A stretch of DNA of 60,738 nucleotides, the filler included, from Basidiobolus ranarum (Eukaryota): assembly GCA_040143965.1 (NCBI GenBank). It is 12 parts of 12 records of this genome, joined end to end, with 100 filler letters (N's around TTAATTAATTAA, not from the genome) between each part and the next. Parts side by side here need not be neighbours in the genome. Positions count along the whole stretch, not along the records: positions 20,324 to 25,297 come from JASJQH010008636.1; positions 25,398 to 30,368 come from JASJQH010008637.1; positions 30,469 to 35,437 come from JASJQH010008638.1; positions 35,538 to 40,502 come from JASJQH010008639.1; 8 more parts are not named here. The stretch is one strand, 5' to 3'. A program made the translations under genes and the position numbers. Within the stretch, counting starts at the first letter, position 1; each line of letters begins with the position of its first letter. This document shows, one piece after another, positions 24,475-37,916 of the stretch. The notes under the pieces are model-generated. The model worked only from the letters and a program-made list of their open reading frames with translations, had not been told where the DNA came from and did no database searches.

Positions 24475-26028
24475 TTCATGCTTAGCTCTTTCTGCGGTCA
24501 GATACGTGCATCAGTTTATCGGTGATTCTCTTTTTAAGCTTTCTACATGTCTCTCTTGATCATAGTGTATTCTTAGAAGTTTTTCTTTTTGGTTTCATTC
24601 AAACCATTTCGTCTATTCTCTTTTGGCTCAACATCTTTTTGTCTACTCTACATCAGTTACGCATTTGCACCAATCAGTACTCATCCTATTCCAGAGTTCA
24701 CTATTGCAGCTAAAAATTCACCAATTGTATAATCGTAAATAAATCGCTTACAGTAGTGGAGAAATAGTAAACATATCTAGGCAAGCACCCTTTCATGATG
24801 CTAACATGTCTCTTAGCATGTAGTTACTCTACCATTACTGGCACAAAAGTCAACCTAGTTTATCGAATTTCGAACAAGCATCACGGCAATAGTCATTTCG
24901 CCTGATCACACACTGCGAAAAATAGTCACCAAATATAATAATCCTTCCACCACTGTTAACTTTAATTTTCACAAGAGTAAGAACCTCAGCCACCGGAAGT
25001 GCCTTTGGTTTATATGACCAATGAGTATCCCAAAGAGTTGTGTTGATAGATGTATATATTTTGATATTCAGGTTTACTAACATCGGCACTTTTAGTTACG
25101 AGAGTTACGTGATATACAAGGCAGTGACGATTCCAAATATGAAGTTGATTATCCAGACAAGCCAATGAAATTAAGCTCATTGTTTAGTATTCTTTGTCTA
25201 CGATTGGCTCAACAGGACATTCACTTCTCCAAGATATCAACTCTTTGGTGATTATAAATCCAACTTTTTTAGCGAAGAATAATGATCTCTGCTAAATNNN
25301 NNNNNNNNNNNNNNNNNNNNNNNNNNNNNNNNNNNNNNNNNTTAATTAATTAANNNNNNNNNNNNNNNNNNNNNNNNNNNNNNNNNNNNNNNNNNNNCTT
25401 TACTTTAGCAAATGTAGCTACACCTCTATCTGGAAACTTTGTCGGTGAATATTCTAACTGTCTTGTTCGCTTTGACCACTACTCTTCTCATAAGCATTGG
25501 AAGCTTCGAAAGTAACTCACTTTAATATATGTCTAACTTATTTTTTCATGTTTGCAAACTATGTACCAACTTCAACTTCTCATAAAGACCCATTCCATAT
25601 GGCAAATGACTAGAATATTATTGGTATATTATCATCAAATATTATTGCTACCAAGATCAGCGAACTACCAGACCAGTTGGCATGCGAGGGAACGTGATCT
25701 AAATTCGTATGTTACCTGAGCTAGATGATAATCTTGAATTTTCATGATTAAAGCTTCTCCGTATACCAATCATCTATCTAGCTCGAATATCTGGGCAAAA
25801 TAGGAATTATTAGTGGTTTGCTTCATGGTGGACGGTACAATGATAAAACAGATGTCAGGATGCCGTACACACCAATGCATTAAGCACGCATAGTATGTGT
25901 TTCTTTAAATGGGTATTGGTTAGTGGTAATCAGTGCTATAAATACTCTTAAATTGTTGCTTGATGCCACTGGCAAGTATTATTAGACAACTTATCCTACA
26001 CTTCATTTTTACATAAAATTTCCGCATT

Positions 26029-27413
26029 ATGCTACTTTATCGTGTAGTAGTTCTTATCTCACTGGTACAAGCAGGAGTTCTGAGCCTTTCCGGAAATTCT
26101 GCACGCTATCCACAGAAAAATTGGCTTACCAAACACCTGGGCACAAAGAGTCCTTATCCGATTCCCAAGAAGCAGAGTGATGGGAAAGCAATATCTTCCG
26201 AGTGCAAACTTGAGCATTTACACGTAGTGGCTCGACATGGAACTAGAAATCCCACCAAGGGCGATGTTGAACAACTTGATAACCTTTCCAAACATTTTAG
26301 TAATATTTCTCGCGAATCGGCTACTAAATATCCATGGATCAAAACTTGGAGAAGTCCTTTTAGTTTGCCTGAAGCTGGGCAGCTAGTAACGCAGGGTGAA
26401 CGAGATCTTTATTTGCTTGGGAAACGTGCTGCGAAACGTTACAATAGATTTTTAAAGCAGAACTCATACACTGCCACTAAATATGATTTTGCTTCTTCCT
26501 CTGTACCACGTTCTGGTCAATCTGCTTTTACTTTCGCTACTGGACTCCTCGAAGGCCGCGGAACTATTGGTAGCAATAAAATTCAGCCGGTATATATTCA
26601 TACGTACCCTGAAGACAATGATACTCGTATGGCACCAAAGAAAAGTTGCCCTAAATGGACTAAGCAGGTTGATGAGGATTCCTCTTCAGCAAAAGAGATG
26701 AAACTTTATTCTCAGACTCACATTGCTCCAATTGCTAATAGACTCCAGCAAGAGTTCAACGGAATCACTTTTCAGCCTGATATGGTCGCTACAATCAAAC
26801 GTGCCTGCGCTTTTGAAGTTTCTATTTTTGACCGTATAGACACATGGTGTAAGATAAACCTTGCTAAATATATTTATAACATCACCCGCTGATCCATCTA
26901 ATAGGTACTCTGTTGTCTCCAATAGAATTTTTAACATTAGAGTATTATGACGATATAGAAGACTGGCATAAATATGGATATTACTCCAAAGTCTCTGGAG
27001 ACTTGGGATGTGCTCTGCTTACCGATTTTATTGATAGAACACCAAGTCAAAAGGATGTTGGTACTTGGGCAACTTTTGAAGTCGGTCATGCGGAGACTAT
27101 TCTCCCTCTTCTTAATACTCTCGGTCTGTATCGTGATGAATTCCCATTGCTAAGCAATATATCCGATGCAGATATTTCTCGACGAAGCTTTCGAACTAGT
27201 AACTTGGCTCCCTTCACGGCCAATCTAATCTTTGAATTTTACCAGTGCTCCAACACCTCCAATATTCGAATTCTTCACAATGAGGTTCCTGTCACATTAC
27301 CAGGCTGCGGAAAGGAATTGTGTCCTGTGGATGATTTGAAGAAAAATGTATTGGGCTCTCGCTATCAGTGTAACTTTGATACTGTGTGTGAGCGTAAACC
27401 CAGCGCAAAATGA
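26029..27413 (+). CDS. Secreted histidine acid phosphatase, MINPP/phytase type; exons 26029-26848, 26905-27413
   Basis: Signal peptide, RHGTRNP catalytic motif, GHAET proton-donor motif typical of MINPP, and a 56-nt intron. Confidence 0.92.
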
Positions 27414-27652
27414 GTCTTATTTTAGTATTTACTAGCTACTGATATTACTGTGCAACGAAGTATTGTGTTTGTTTTCCAAACTCGAGAATATTACTGATGC
27501 CCGCTGTTCCACGACAAGAAAACTATTTGTAGTAGAACTAATTAAAATACTGCAGATTCAACAGTCGGATTTTACATGCTGATTTGTCCCTTTTAACTCC
27601 GTGATATTCATATATATACGCCTTCCGTAGTTGCTGATCGGATTCTGAGTCA

Positions 27653-28300
27653 TTAGTAGTCGTAATGCGCGACAGATAGCTGGTCAACCTGGAATTTGGC
27701 TATCATTCGGCATCCAATCATTTTACAGCTTCTCAACAGAACTAGTCGCCAAGAAATCTTAAATTGGTTTACTACGTTGCCTAAGGGAACAAGCTCGGTG
27801 ATTATTGACCCAATATTACAGAGCAGTATGGATTTGAACATGGACTAGATACCCGTGGATTTCAAGCATTATTACTAACAATAATAGTCACTAGGACAGG
27901 CATTCCAGTCCAATTTGTTGTTTCCATCATGCACATGTAACAGTAGTGTTGGCATTTTGGATACCCTCTTGGCCAATGAAAGGCTTTTGTACTACACTAA
28001 TACTGGCTCAACACTGGCTCATCATTTGCGTGCAGACGGTGTATTGCCACTTTGGGCTTATTTCTTCATCCAACATGACCATATACTGTCAAATGAAATG
28101 ATTATAGAAATAGCTTACTGCATCCACGGTATCACGGCACATATCATCGCTCTCGTAATAAGGAAATTTTGCATCACATGTAATTAGGGTTTCGACAACC
28201 AGCAAACTTCAAGAATAACTCTTGCATCTTGTACCTTTCATCAAACCATGCTGGTGAAATCTATTTTTACACACTGTGAAACGGATCATGAAAATGAGTT
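27653..28300 (-). pseudogene. Possible decayed S28 serine carboxypeptidase
   Basis: Fragments WQYTVCTQM and TIIVSNNA*NP resemble the S28 motifs WxYQxCTE and IIFSNGxxDPW. Many stops. Boundaries approximate. Confidence 0.3.
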
Positions 28301-29283
28301 TTCGGGATAAAGGACAAACATATTAATTGATGAGAAGATAGGCGGAGTAGAAATGAAGCTTTTTCGTAATCAAGAGAAAGATAAGGTTCCATCATCTCAA
28401 GCCATAGTCGATGTGGGCGCCACTTGTGTTACTGTTCTATTGACAAGGCCCTGATGAGGTAATGTCAAAACTTTAGGTGAGTCTTCTAATGGTGACAGGC
28501 TTAGAGTTAACACTCTTCTTTCGATTGTTTCAGAGGACTAGTGCTCAAAGAAGCTTCGAAAGTTGCTAGCCTGGCACAAGGGAATTCCTTTGTAGAATCA
28601 ACGTAGTATAGACTTGTTAACAATATATCCAGTATATCACTGATGAGGGTCCATATTTGGGCTTGACTATGATTGGTAAACTGTTCCCGAGTTTTCTAGG
28701 AGTTGAAGTAAATTTAGTAATTAGTGTTTGTGGATGAGACGAAGGATTCTCGTAGTATTGGGATGTTCTTCGGCTCTAAGTCTATCCTGATGGCCTGAAT
28801 GCGCCTACTACTGGTAGACGATGTGATCCAAGTGTGGCCTGGAGATTGATTATCGCCTAGTGAATAGTTGAGCCTTGATCGGACAATCGATGAGGCCCAG
28901 ATTAGGAGCTTTCTGGTGAGAGAACTCACAGAGCAACATAGAGTGTTGATATTATAGACTATATAAATATAATTAGCAAGTTGGGCGATGGGTTAGGCTT
29001 TCAGGAGAACACAACAGCAAGTTCGCCTATTGGTAAGGATCATAACGTTCTCCGGATGATTCAGCGAATCCATTTAGGTTTCAAAAAAACATGCCTGACA
29101 CCTAACTCTCAAGTATAAAAGCAACCAAAGCTAATTAGATTTCCTCAGACTAATGAAAAAATCCTACACTTCCCGCGTAAGATCCGCCTTCCCAAGCGAT
29201 AACTCTTCTAGTGAAAACACCTCTGGCGAAACTACTTCCGGCTAAATAAGCTCTAATCCAAACGTGCAAGACATACTCTAAAC

Positions 29284-30368
29284 ATGTCAGCAATGCGTAA
29301 AAACCTCGTTGAAAAATTCCTTATCCCTGAAGTATCCTCCGTTGTTAATCCGACGATTGGTGTAATTGATGGGTACCCTATCTACCCATTATCCTGGAAT
29401 GAAATCGAAAACTTACAAAAACTCTACGGTAAAAATACCGTTACTGAAAGCAAACCAGTTCAATGGTATACTATTGTCTTTCATGCCACGGTTCATCCCT
29501 TTAATATCCTCTTACTTGCCCTTGCAATCTTTTCTGCTGCCACGGGGGAAATCGACACCACCATTATCATGATTGTTATGGTTGTGTTGAGTGTGGTTCT
29601 CCGATCCGTTCAAGAATTCCGTTCCGAAGTTGCCGCCCAAGGATTGAAAAATCTGGTTAATAACGATTGTTTAGTAGTTCGACAGTATTCTTCGCCGGAT
29701 ACTCGTGATCCTCTCCCCGAAGATATATTAAGAATGGAGCGTGGGGATATTGGAGAATATGATGTTCCATTCGAAGATATTGTTCCAGGTGATTGGATCA
29801 AATTACGCGCCGGTGATTTGATCCCTGCGGACTTACAATTGATCGTATCTAAAGATTTATTCATTTCGCAAGCATCCCTGACCGGCGAAGCCATGCCTGT
29901 GGAGAAATCAGCATCTGGAATGGTTATGGAGCCATCTAGCTCGAATATCCCAACTACAGGGAGTGTGCCAGTTTCGATGCAAGAGGAGTATGGTCTTAAC
30001 AGACCTGATATGTGCTTTATGGGAACTAGTGTAGTCAGTGGCACTGCAACTGGTGTAGTTAAAACCGTTGGTACTAGTACTGTTTTTGGTGCTATGGCCA
30101 AGCAGTTATCTGCGCAGCGCCCAATAAACGCCTTCCAAAAAGGCATCCGAAGAATCAGCTACCTGTTCATTGGAATCATGCTTTTAATGGTGCCATTGGT
30201 ATTCATCATCTCTGGCATTACCAACCATGACTGGCTACAGGCTGCATTGTTTGCTGCTTCGGTTGCTGTAGGACTAACACCAGAAATGCTACCCATGATA
30301 GTAAACGCCAATCTAGCTCGTGGAGCTTTGGTTCTCTCAAAGAAAAAATGTATCGTAAAGAAACTGGA
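29284..30368 (+). CDS. mgtA: Mg2+-transporting P-type ATPase, P3B/MgtA-like (3' truncated by contig end)
   Basis: HPFNILL, SKDLFISQASLTGEAMPVEK and AVGLTPEMLPMIVNANLARGA are characteristic of the MgtA/MgtB subfamily. The contig ends just before DKTGT. Confidence 0.9.
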
Positions 30369-31804
30369 NNNNNNNNNNNNNNNNNNNNNNNNNNNNNNNN
30401 NNNNNNNNNNNNTTAATTAATTAANNNNNNNNNNNNNNNNNNNNNNNNNNNNNNNNNNNNNNNNNNNNCCCTTAACACTATATTTACATCCTCTGAATTT
30501 GATTACATTGGTCATCAAGTTAAGTATGGATATGATCCAGTATTGTCATAATATCTTAAAAGATTAATGTCTTGATTGTCACATTGTTTAGATTAGTATT
30601 TAAGCTAAATCAAGTCCACACCACATGGTTCTTTTCATCAAAACGATCACAGGCAACACTTGTGTTGTTCTAGATAGCGTTGATACAAGGAAATGTGTTA
30701 TTCAACCATGCGGTTCAATAGAATGCCTGCGCTATAGGGATAAAGCCTGTACCACTAAAAACACTGCTGCTGCTGGTAGCATCCTCTAGAACACCTTTGA
30801 CATAGCATTATTGTGACTGAATAATGCTACTGTAAGAGGGCGTAATAAAAGAGAGATGCTCAACTAGCAATAGTAATGTTAACACATGATCAAAGAACAT
30901 ATTACTTACATCATCATTCTATACTGAAATAAAATACAAGTTGTGTCAGACTCACGATGAAACCAATTACATTCTCAGTATAGATGTATGTTTCTATACC
31001 AAAGGTTATCTCGACATGGTGAGTGTAAAATTCAATGACTGCTTTAACTAATGATTTGCTGGTTTAATATTCCTACAATCGGACGTGAACGGTTTGCATA
31101 TTCCGACAGTGCACCCTATCACAAAAGTACGATATAGTCAACAGCAATAAGTCGATTGTACATCTATATTTGAGCCCAATATTCTGAACATAATTCCTTG
31201 ACAATTTAGGTTAAGTTATATTATGCTTGATTGGCAGCAATGAACTTTCGTTATGTTGATATATTGTACAACTCGCCATAAAATCAGCACTTATTAATCG
31301 TTAAAATTCTTGTCTACAATTAATGGTTCATGAACGTCATATTAATTTATACTGACTAATTAGTTAGTTATTCAATCATTGTGGATCACTCATTGTGGAT
31401 CACAAACACGTTAATTATTGTTTGATTGAAGTCGAAATCATCCTATTGCGGCTAGAGGGTATCCAAGATACAATTCCTCCGTTTCACGCAAAGCAACTTG
31501 TTAAATTCTTATTATACATATAATGACAATTACGTAGAACTTCAATTACTGCCATTCCTGCAGATACTGTCGGTATTTCAAACTTTTATCAAGGCCAATA
31601 TCAATTAATAGAGCGCAACTGATCTAGAAATTCCATGTAAAGCATGTTACTGTCACGTTATTTATTTCTCGGATTTTTGCTTGGCTTGCTTAAAAACTAA
31701 TACTCACCTCAAAACATAACACAGTAACATCAATATATGGACTTTAAAGTTAATAACCTAAAAGAAATCTGGAAATATATTCCGAGATGTAAACAAACAC
31801 TCTC

Positions 31805-32350
31805 GGAGGTGACCAATAATGGGAAACTGCACCGAGGAAACCATTTATAGAAATACCACCACAAGTAGCTTAAACATGGTTCTAGTCCAAAGCGATCTAT
31901 AGTTGGCTATAGAAATGAAGCATTTTGATTTGTGTAATCCCAGGAGCCTTAATTGGTCTAACGCGTGGCTCAGGTCATCTGAGAACCATTCTGGAGATTA
32001 ACGCTATATGGCTAGACTTCCTAAATATATATACTCCGACGTTAGTGATACAAGTGGATTTGGTCTAGATGGCTCCATTAAATTCACTACTATCTCAATT
32101 GAAGTGGCATTTTTACGTACAATCGAGATTTGGTGTGCAGTTTTACTACTGTCACTGTCTATTCTACTTGATTTGAAAAAGGATGTGTCGGTACTATCAT
32201 CTCTCAAAAATGTTCAGAGTCAATGCAGGCGGTAGATCGCTGTAAGACATTTTAGGGTTCCGCTCGACAGCGATACACCATTTCCGGCAATAAAAACTGG
32301 TGGCTTACTGATCACTGTTTAGAATTTAATATTGAGTACGTTTAATGTAG
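31805..32350 (+). repeat. Direct repeat, copy 1 (upstream region of the UNC93-like gene)
   Basis: Aligns with about 34895-35437, including the identical block TCTGAGAACCATTCTGGAGATTAACGCTATATGGCTAGACTTCCTAAATATAT. Confidence 0.9.
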
Positions 32351-32555
32351 TCCACAATAAAATGAGCCAAATCCAAATCAACGTAGAATTCCACTCGTTA
32401 CTCCAATTGGAAATAGCTTTGCGGAGTGGCCGGTCCATCCTAAATCGAAATTCTTATTCGTTCCACACTCTTTCGGTCTCATTATAAATACCGACTTCAG
32501 GAATGAACAAAGCACAAATCAATTTCCATATTTCAACCTATTCTCATCTGATCAA

Positions 32556-33908
32556 ATGATCACGTTTCCTAAGTTCATGAACAGAACCGGCATTCGGTTT
32601 AACAGCCCTATGACCCAGGTCTTACTTGTCGGCTTTGTATGCTTCTGCTGTCCTGGTATGTTCAATGTCATCAATGGTATGGGTGGTGGCGGTCTAAAGA
32701 ATGCTACCGTTGCCAAGAACGGCAATGTTGCTCTTTACACTACATTCGCTATTTTCGGAGTCTTCGGTGGTGGCTTTTATAACACTTTGGGTGGTGGCAT
32801 CTGTCTTCTACTTGGTGGCTGCAGTTACGCTCTCTATACCGGCTCATTACTTTACTACAATCATCATGTAGATCAAATTGGCGCCGAGATTTTCGTTATT
32901 ACCGCTTCTGCAATTCTTGGTATTGGTGCAGGTATTCTCTGGACTGCGCAAGGTGTAATCATGATGTCTTACCCACCTGAAGAACAAAAGGGTAGATGTG
33001 TTGGTTATTTCTGGATCATCTTCAACTTGGGTGGTGTTATGGGCGCTTTCATTCCATTCGGTCTTAACTTCCACTCTACAGCAAGTGGAGTCAGCAGCTC
33101 TACATTTGTTGCCTTCTTGGTAATTATGATTTTTGGTGGATTCCTTGGACTCTTAATCCTCCCACCTGAAAAGGTGATTCGTGATGATGGGTCCCGTGTT
33201 GAAGTCGACAAATTCAACAATGTCTGGACCGAAATCAAGGAGATCCTGAAACTTTTCCTTGACAAAAATATGCTTCTCTTGACCCCAATCTCTCTCGCTT
33301 CCAACTGGTTCTACTCTTATCAATTCGGTGACATCAACGGAGTACTATTCAATGTTCGTACTCGTTCCTTCAACAATGCCTGGTATTGGGCATTCCAAAT
33401 GCTCGGTGCATTCTTGTTGGGTTCTTTCCTTGACTCCAAGAGACTAGGACGTCGTAGTAGAGCTCTTTACGGCTTATATGGTGTCTCCATTATTATCATG
33501 GCTGTTTGGGGTGGTGGTTTAGCCCTCCAACTCCAATATACCCGTGAATCACTTGTAGGAAAGGTGCCTATCGATTTCATTCAGAATCCTGGAGCCTTCT
33601 GGCCCAAATGGGTTCTCTACTCTCTGTACGGATTACTTGATGCTGCCACTCAAACATACGCCTATTGGTTGATCGGTACTTTGACCAATGACTCTACTGT
33701 GCTTGCTCGCTATTCCGGATACTACAAGGGAATTCAATCGGCTGGTGGAGCCATCGCATGGAGAATCGATGCGGTTGGAACATCCTACTTGGTTGAATTC
33801 ATCATCTGTTGGGCCCTTTTGGCAGCATGTTTCCCATTCACTTGGTTTGTCGCTCGCAATGTGACGGAAACATCCAACCGGGATGTTGAGAAGCAAGATG
33901 ACATGTAA
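32556..33908 (+). CDS. UNC93-like (DUF895) MFS membrane protein
   Basis: Intronless 450 aa. QVLLVGFVCFCCPGMFN, GAGILWTAQGVIMMSYP and NVRTRSFN motifs, with many hydrophobic helices. Confidence 0.92.
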   Translation: MITFPKFMNRTGIRFNSPMTQVLLVGFVCFCCPGMFNVINGMGGGGLKNATVAKNGNVALYTTFAIFGVFGGGFYNTLGGGICLLLGGCSYALYTGSLLYYNHHVDQIGAEIFVITASAILGIGAGILWTAQGVIMMSYPPEEQKGRCVGYFWIIFNLGGVMGAFIPFGLNFHSTASGVSSSTFVAFLVIMIFGGFLGLLILPPEKVIRDDGSRVEVDKFNNVWTEIKEILKLFLDKNMLLLTPISLASNWFYSYQFGDINGVLFNVRTRSFNNAWYWAFQMLGAFLLGSFLDSKRLGRRSRALYGLYGVSIIIMAVWGGGLALQLQYTRESLVGKVPIDFIQNPGAFWPKWVLYSLYGLLDAATQTYAYWLIGTLTNDSTVLARYSGYYKGIQSAGGAIAWRIDAVGTSYLVEFIICWALLAACFPFTWFVARNVTETSNRDVEKQDDM

Positions 33909-34894
33909 TCATCAATCATCCTATGATAGATATATACTGTATTATTTTATAACTTTTAGACAGGTCAACGACCAGTATAATGTAACAAATATCCGTGAAT
34001 CACAATAATAAATTCCCATGCATTCCCCCAACAACTCAAAGAGCCATCTGGCTGTCCATACTAAATATCAACTAATTGAATCTTTTACTTATTAATAGTT
34101 ATGTTCTAACTATCGTGGTCAAAGATAATACATTAATTCGTTCGATAATTTAGAACTAGAAATCTGGGGAACATTGCTAGTGAATTTCATTTCGGAATTG
34201 GGAATCTATTTAGTTGATAATGACTCATTCAAAAAGATATTGTATATAAAGTAAAGATTCTGATTTAATATATGTCTCAACTTTACCACTATTCTTTTTC
34301 GTGTTGCATCTCAGTATAAGTTGGCTTGCAAATACAAATTTTGGAGTTGAGTTGTATCGAATACTCGCAAAACGAATAACTCCAATTAAGTGATTATGTA
34401 ATCACTGAGGGTATCAATTAATTGTTCGAATTTGTTCTTTACTTAATCCAAGTAGAGATTACGGTTGTCTCCCCAAACAATGCAATATTCATTCGCTCGA
34501 ATTAAAGCTTGTTATTGTCTGTGGCATACTGAATATCATGTCAGTGTTTCAGACACACGAACTCCGCAACGTCTTATTCGATATAGTGGCAACTATATAA
34601 TTTACTACGCTAATAGGGCTATAAATGTTGGGGAGATATCTTCTTTCGGATTGCCTCTTGGAGTTATGTGCGATTTATTTGTAACTTTTACACAAAGTAT
34701 GCGGGAGAAACTGACTTCAAACCAAGACGTTGACTTGGTTCCTGGGTTCATTATCGCATGATTAACACAGAGACTAAACATTAAAGGTGTATAATGTACC
34801 TACTCACTATGTTTAGTCTTCGTAAAAATCCAGTATTTTTCGTGAATTACGGAGTTTAAACTTTAATCTTATTCGGTAATGTGAATAGCTCACT

Positions 34895-35437
34895 CAGAGT
34901 TGACCAATGAGCGGGAAAAGCCCCATTTATGGACATACAAACAACAGTAGCTTAAATATGGTTCTAGTCCAAAACGATTCTACAGTTGACTGTATAAATG
35001 AAGTATTGTGATTCGCGTAATCCCAGGAGTTTTAATTGGTCAAACATGTGGCTCAGGTTATCTGAGAACCATTCTGGAGATTAACGCTATATGGCTAGAC
35101 TTCCTAAATATATCTACTCCGACGTTAGTTATACAAGTAGCTATGGTCTAGAATGATCTATCGAATTCTGAACTATTGCTGTTGAAGTGGCGTATTTAGG
35201 TACAATCGAGATTTGGTGTGTACTTTAGCCATCATGACATTCAATGATAATCTATGTAAAGATGGAGGCGTTGGCACTATCACCTCTTTAAATGTTTACA
35301 GAGCCAATTCAGGCTGTAGATCGTTGTTGGGACACATTTTAACTCTCCGCCCGACAGCGATACACCATTTCCAGCAATAAAATCAAGTGGCTTACCAACA
35401 ACTGTTCGGAGTTGAATATTAAGTACATTTAATGTAG
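34895..35437 (+). repeat. Direct repeat, copy 2
   Basis: Diverged copy of 31805-32350 running to the contig end. Confidence 0.9.
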
Positions 35438-35537
35438 NNNNNNNNNNNNNNNNNNNNNNNNNNNNNNNNNNNNNNNNNNNNTTAATTAATTAANNNNNNN
35501 NNNNNNNNNNNNNNNNNNNNNNNNNNNNNNNNNNNNN

Positions 35538-35896
35538 AACAACTCCTTAGCCATTTCGATTCCCAGGCCTGATCTCCTTTTGGGACTAGTTGGACCGCCC
35601 CTCAACATGTACTCAGTATCTTCACTCTCCCTGGAACGAAAACTAGCAGCATCCAATAAAATGTCACCACTAAGTTTTGATATTGCAGAGTAACTACTTA
35701 GGTTGGAGGAGGTGGACGGTGAAGTTGGTCGTAATGGAAGGTTATTATCTACTGAGAGATGAACTGAAGGTTTAGATTTGAAGGTGTTGAATTTTCCCGC
35801 TAATACTGGGGACGAAGACAGTGATGTTGAAGCCACATTTGCCAAAGGCCCCTCAGTTATATCTTTGGAGTGCTTTGGTATAATAGGAGAATCCAT
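35538..35896 (-). CDS. N-terminal Ser/Pro-rich part of an unknown protein (runs off contig)
   Basis: ATG-initiated open frame of about 119 codons with disordered composition. No domain recognised. Confidence 0.55.
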
Positions 35897-37916
35897 TAGA
35901 GGAAGGATGTATCTATAACAGTTACCAAGATTTAAAAAATGTATATACGTTTGTGTTTGTAAAATGAGTATTGAGTAACACCAAGGTTAGGATGAATACT
36001 AGTAATAGCCAGAACTTCTTAGTTTAGGAGTTAGGAGCTTTTGTCACCCAATTCAAATTGTGTGAATGTACGCATTAAGCTATATTGAGAGAGTTAGGGA
36101 TGTCACGAATAGATTAATATTCCTATATAACATATAATATAAATAAACTCTCATCATCCCCAACCCAAATGCTAATATTATCTTGACAAATTATAGAACC
36201 AAGATGCTGATTCTCACAAAAGCACACATTAATCCAATATGCAATTTGACGAACTTCTCCCAACCAATCTTAACACTGTTCAAATTATTAGCACATTTGT
36301 ACTCTAGATACTGAATACAACCTCCAAAGAACTGTCAAAGCAGCGAAAGAATTTCATATCTAAAGAGTAGTGCCCATTGTTTTTGTTTGGCGGTAGATAA
36401 TATTCTTTACTAATCGCTGCAGCTTAAAAACATTCGGTAATCTTTTACACAAGAGGAAATCGTGAAAATATAAAGAGAATGAACATGACATATTCAATAT
36501 TTGAAAGCTATTACCGAAGTGTAATTGCAGGAACTTTGCTATTTCTACCTTGTGATATTTAGCATAAGTTACGAGCGTTTCAAAACCACGAATAGAAGGG
36601 CTCGGCTCGTGCTTCTACCCCAATTAGATTTTTGACTTGGGCATATCAGACGAAGATAAAGAAACTCTGGTTGGCGTTATAGTTGCAATTAACAGATAGT
36701 TTGAACTCACCACCACGACTAAAAACTGCAGCTCTGCTCTTTAAAGATAATTCTGAGAGCTTGTAGAAAATCTTTGCAAGTACCCTGACACTTGGGCATG
36801 TCAATATGCTAACTGCTCATGATGCTTTCTAGACGATGCTTTACAAAACGTCGACATGATTCTAGTTCTTATGGATGACGATATTGGCTCTAAAGATAGA
36901 TTGCCTTTTGGTGCTTCTGCGGCGCATTCCAAATAAATCGGTATTATGTTCATGGTGAGTAAGAGTTTGTGACGAATTCAACCAATAACTCTGCAACGAA
37001 ACGTGACTGCTGATTACGGACCTTTCTCAAGGTTGATATGATGCCAATAAGAACATCAGTCTATAGCTCGGCCTACCAACATATCCGTGACGCTCTGTTG
37101 AAAACCCACTTTGTCGAAATTCTGAAACTGACTCCAATAAATGATGAAATCCATCAAATTGAATGCTATTTGATTATAAACAGAATATTCAAACAAAGCC
37201 TGAATCAAACCGCCATCGCCTTAGCGGGTAAATCTTAAAATCTTAATATCTCGACACCAGGAGGGATTTACTAGCTTGATGCCTACGTTCGGAACATGAA
37301 ATTCAATACATACCTACACCTTCAAGAGCATCTATGCTCGGCTATCTAGATCCGAGGAGCCACTCGGCATCCATTAGTGTGTTATCATGAAGGCCAATTT
37401 CTGGAAGCTACAGATGGAATGTTACTCAAATGCATCCAAGCAAGCACTACTTGATTACCTGGGCCTTTGTGATCATTATAATTAAAGACATGCTGTGAGA
37501 AGCAATGTTGCATGAAGGAGATCTAAGCTACATTCCGCCATGTACCTACTTCGGAAAATTAGTTCGTGGCCAATGTGTCGGATTATGACTCATTATTGGC
37601 TTCTCAGAGTGGGAGCAGTATTCGGTATATCGAAACCAGGCGCTAGGTTGGAATGATATCCGATTTCTAAGTACCTCCCAAGTATTATCCGAAAATCAGG
37701 CTGACAATTACTGCTCTGGTGATACCAGTGCTTCTGATAAAATCCAATTTATGCAACAAATCAGTAGTGGAAGAGATCATAGGTGCAGTATGTGATGGAT
37801 ATATGTTGAACTGGGGTAATTAGAAATATCCCTTTGGAGAGGTGAAACTTTAAATTGATATATACTGCTCAATTTCCTCAACGCCCATCACGTTTGGCTG
37901 CGAGAAAATTAACATA

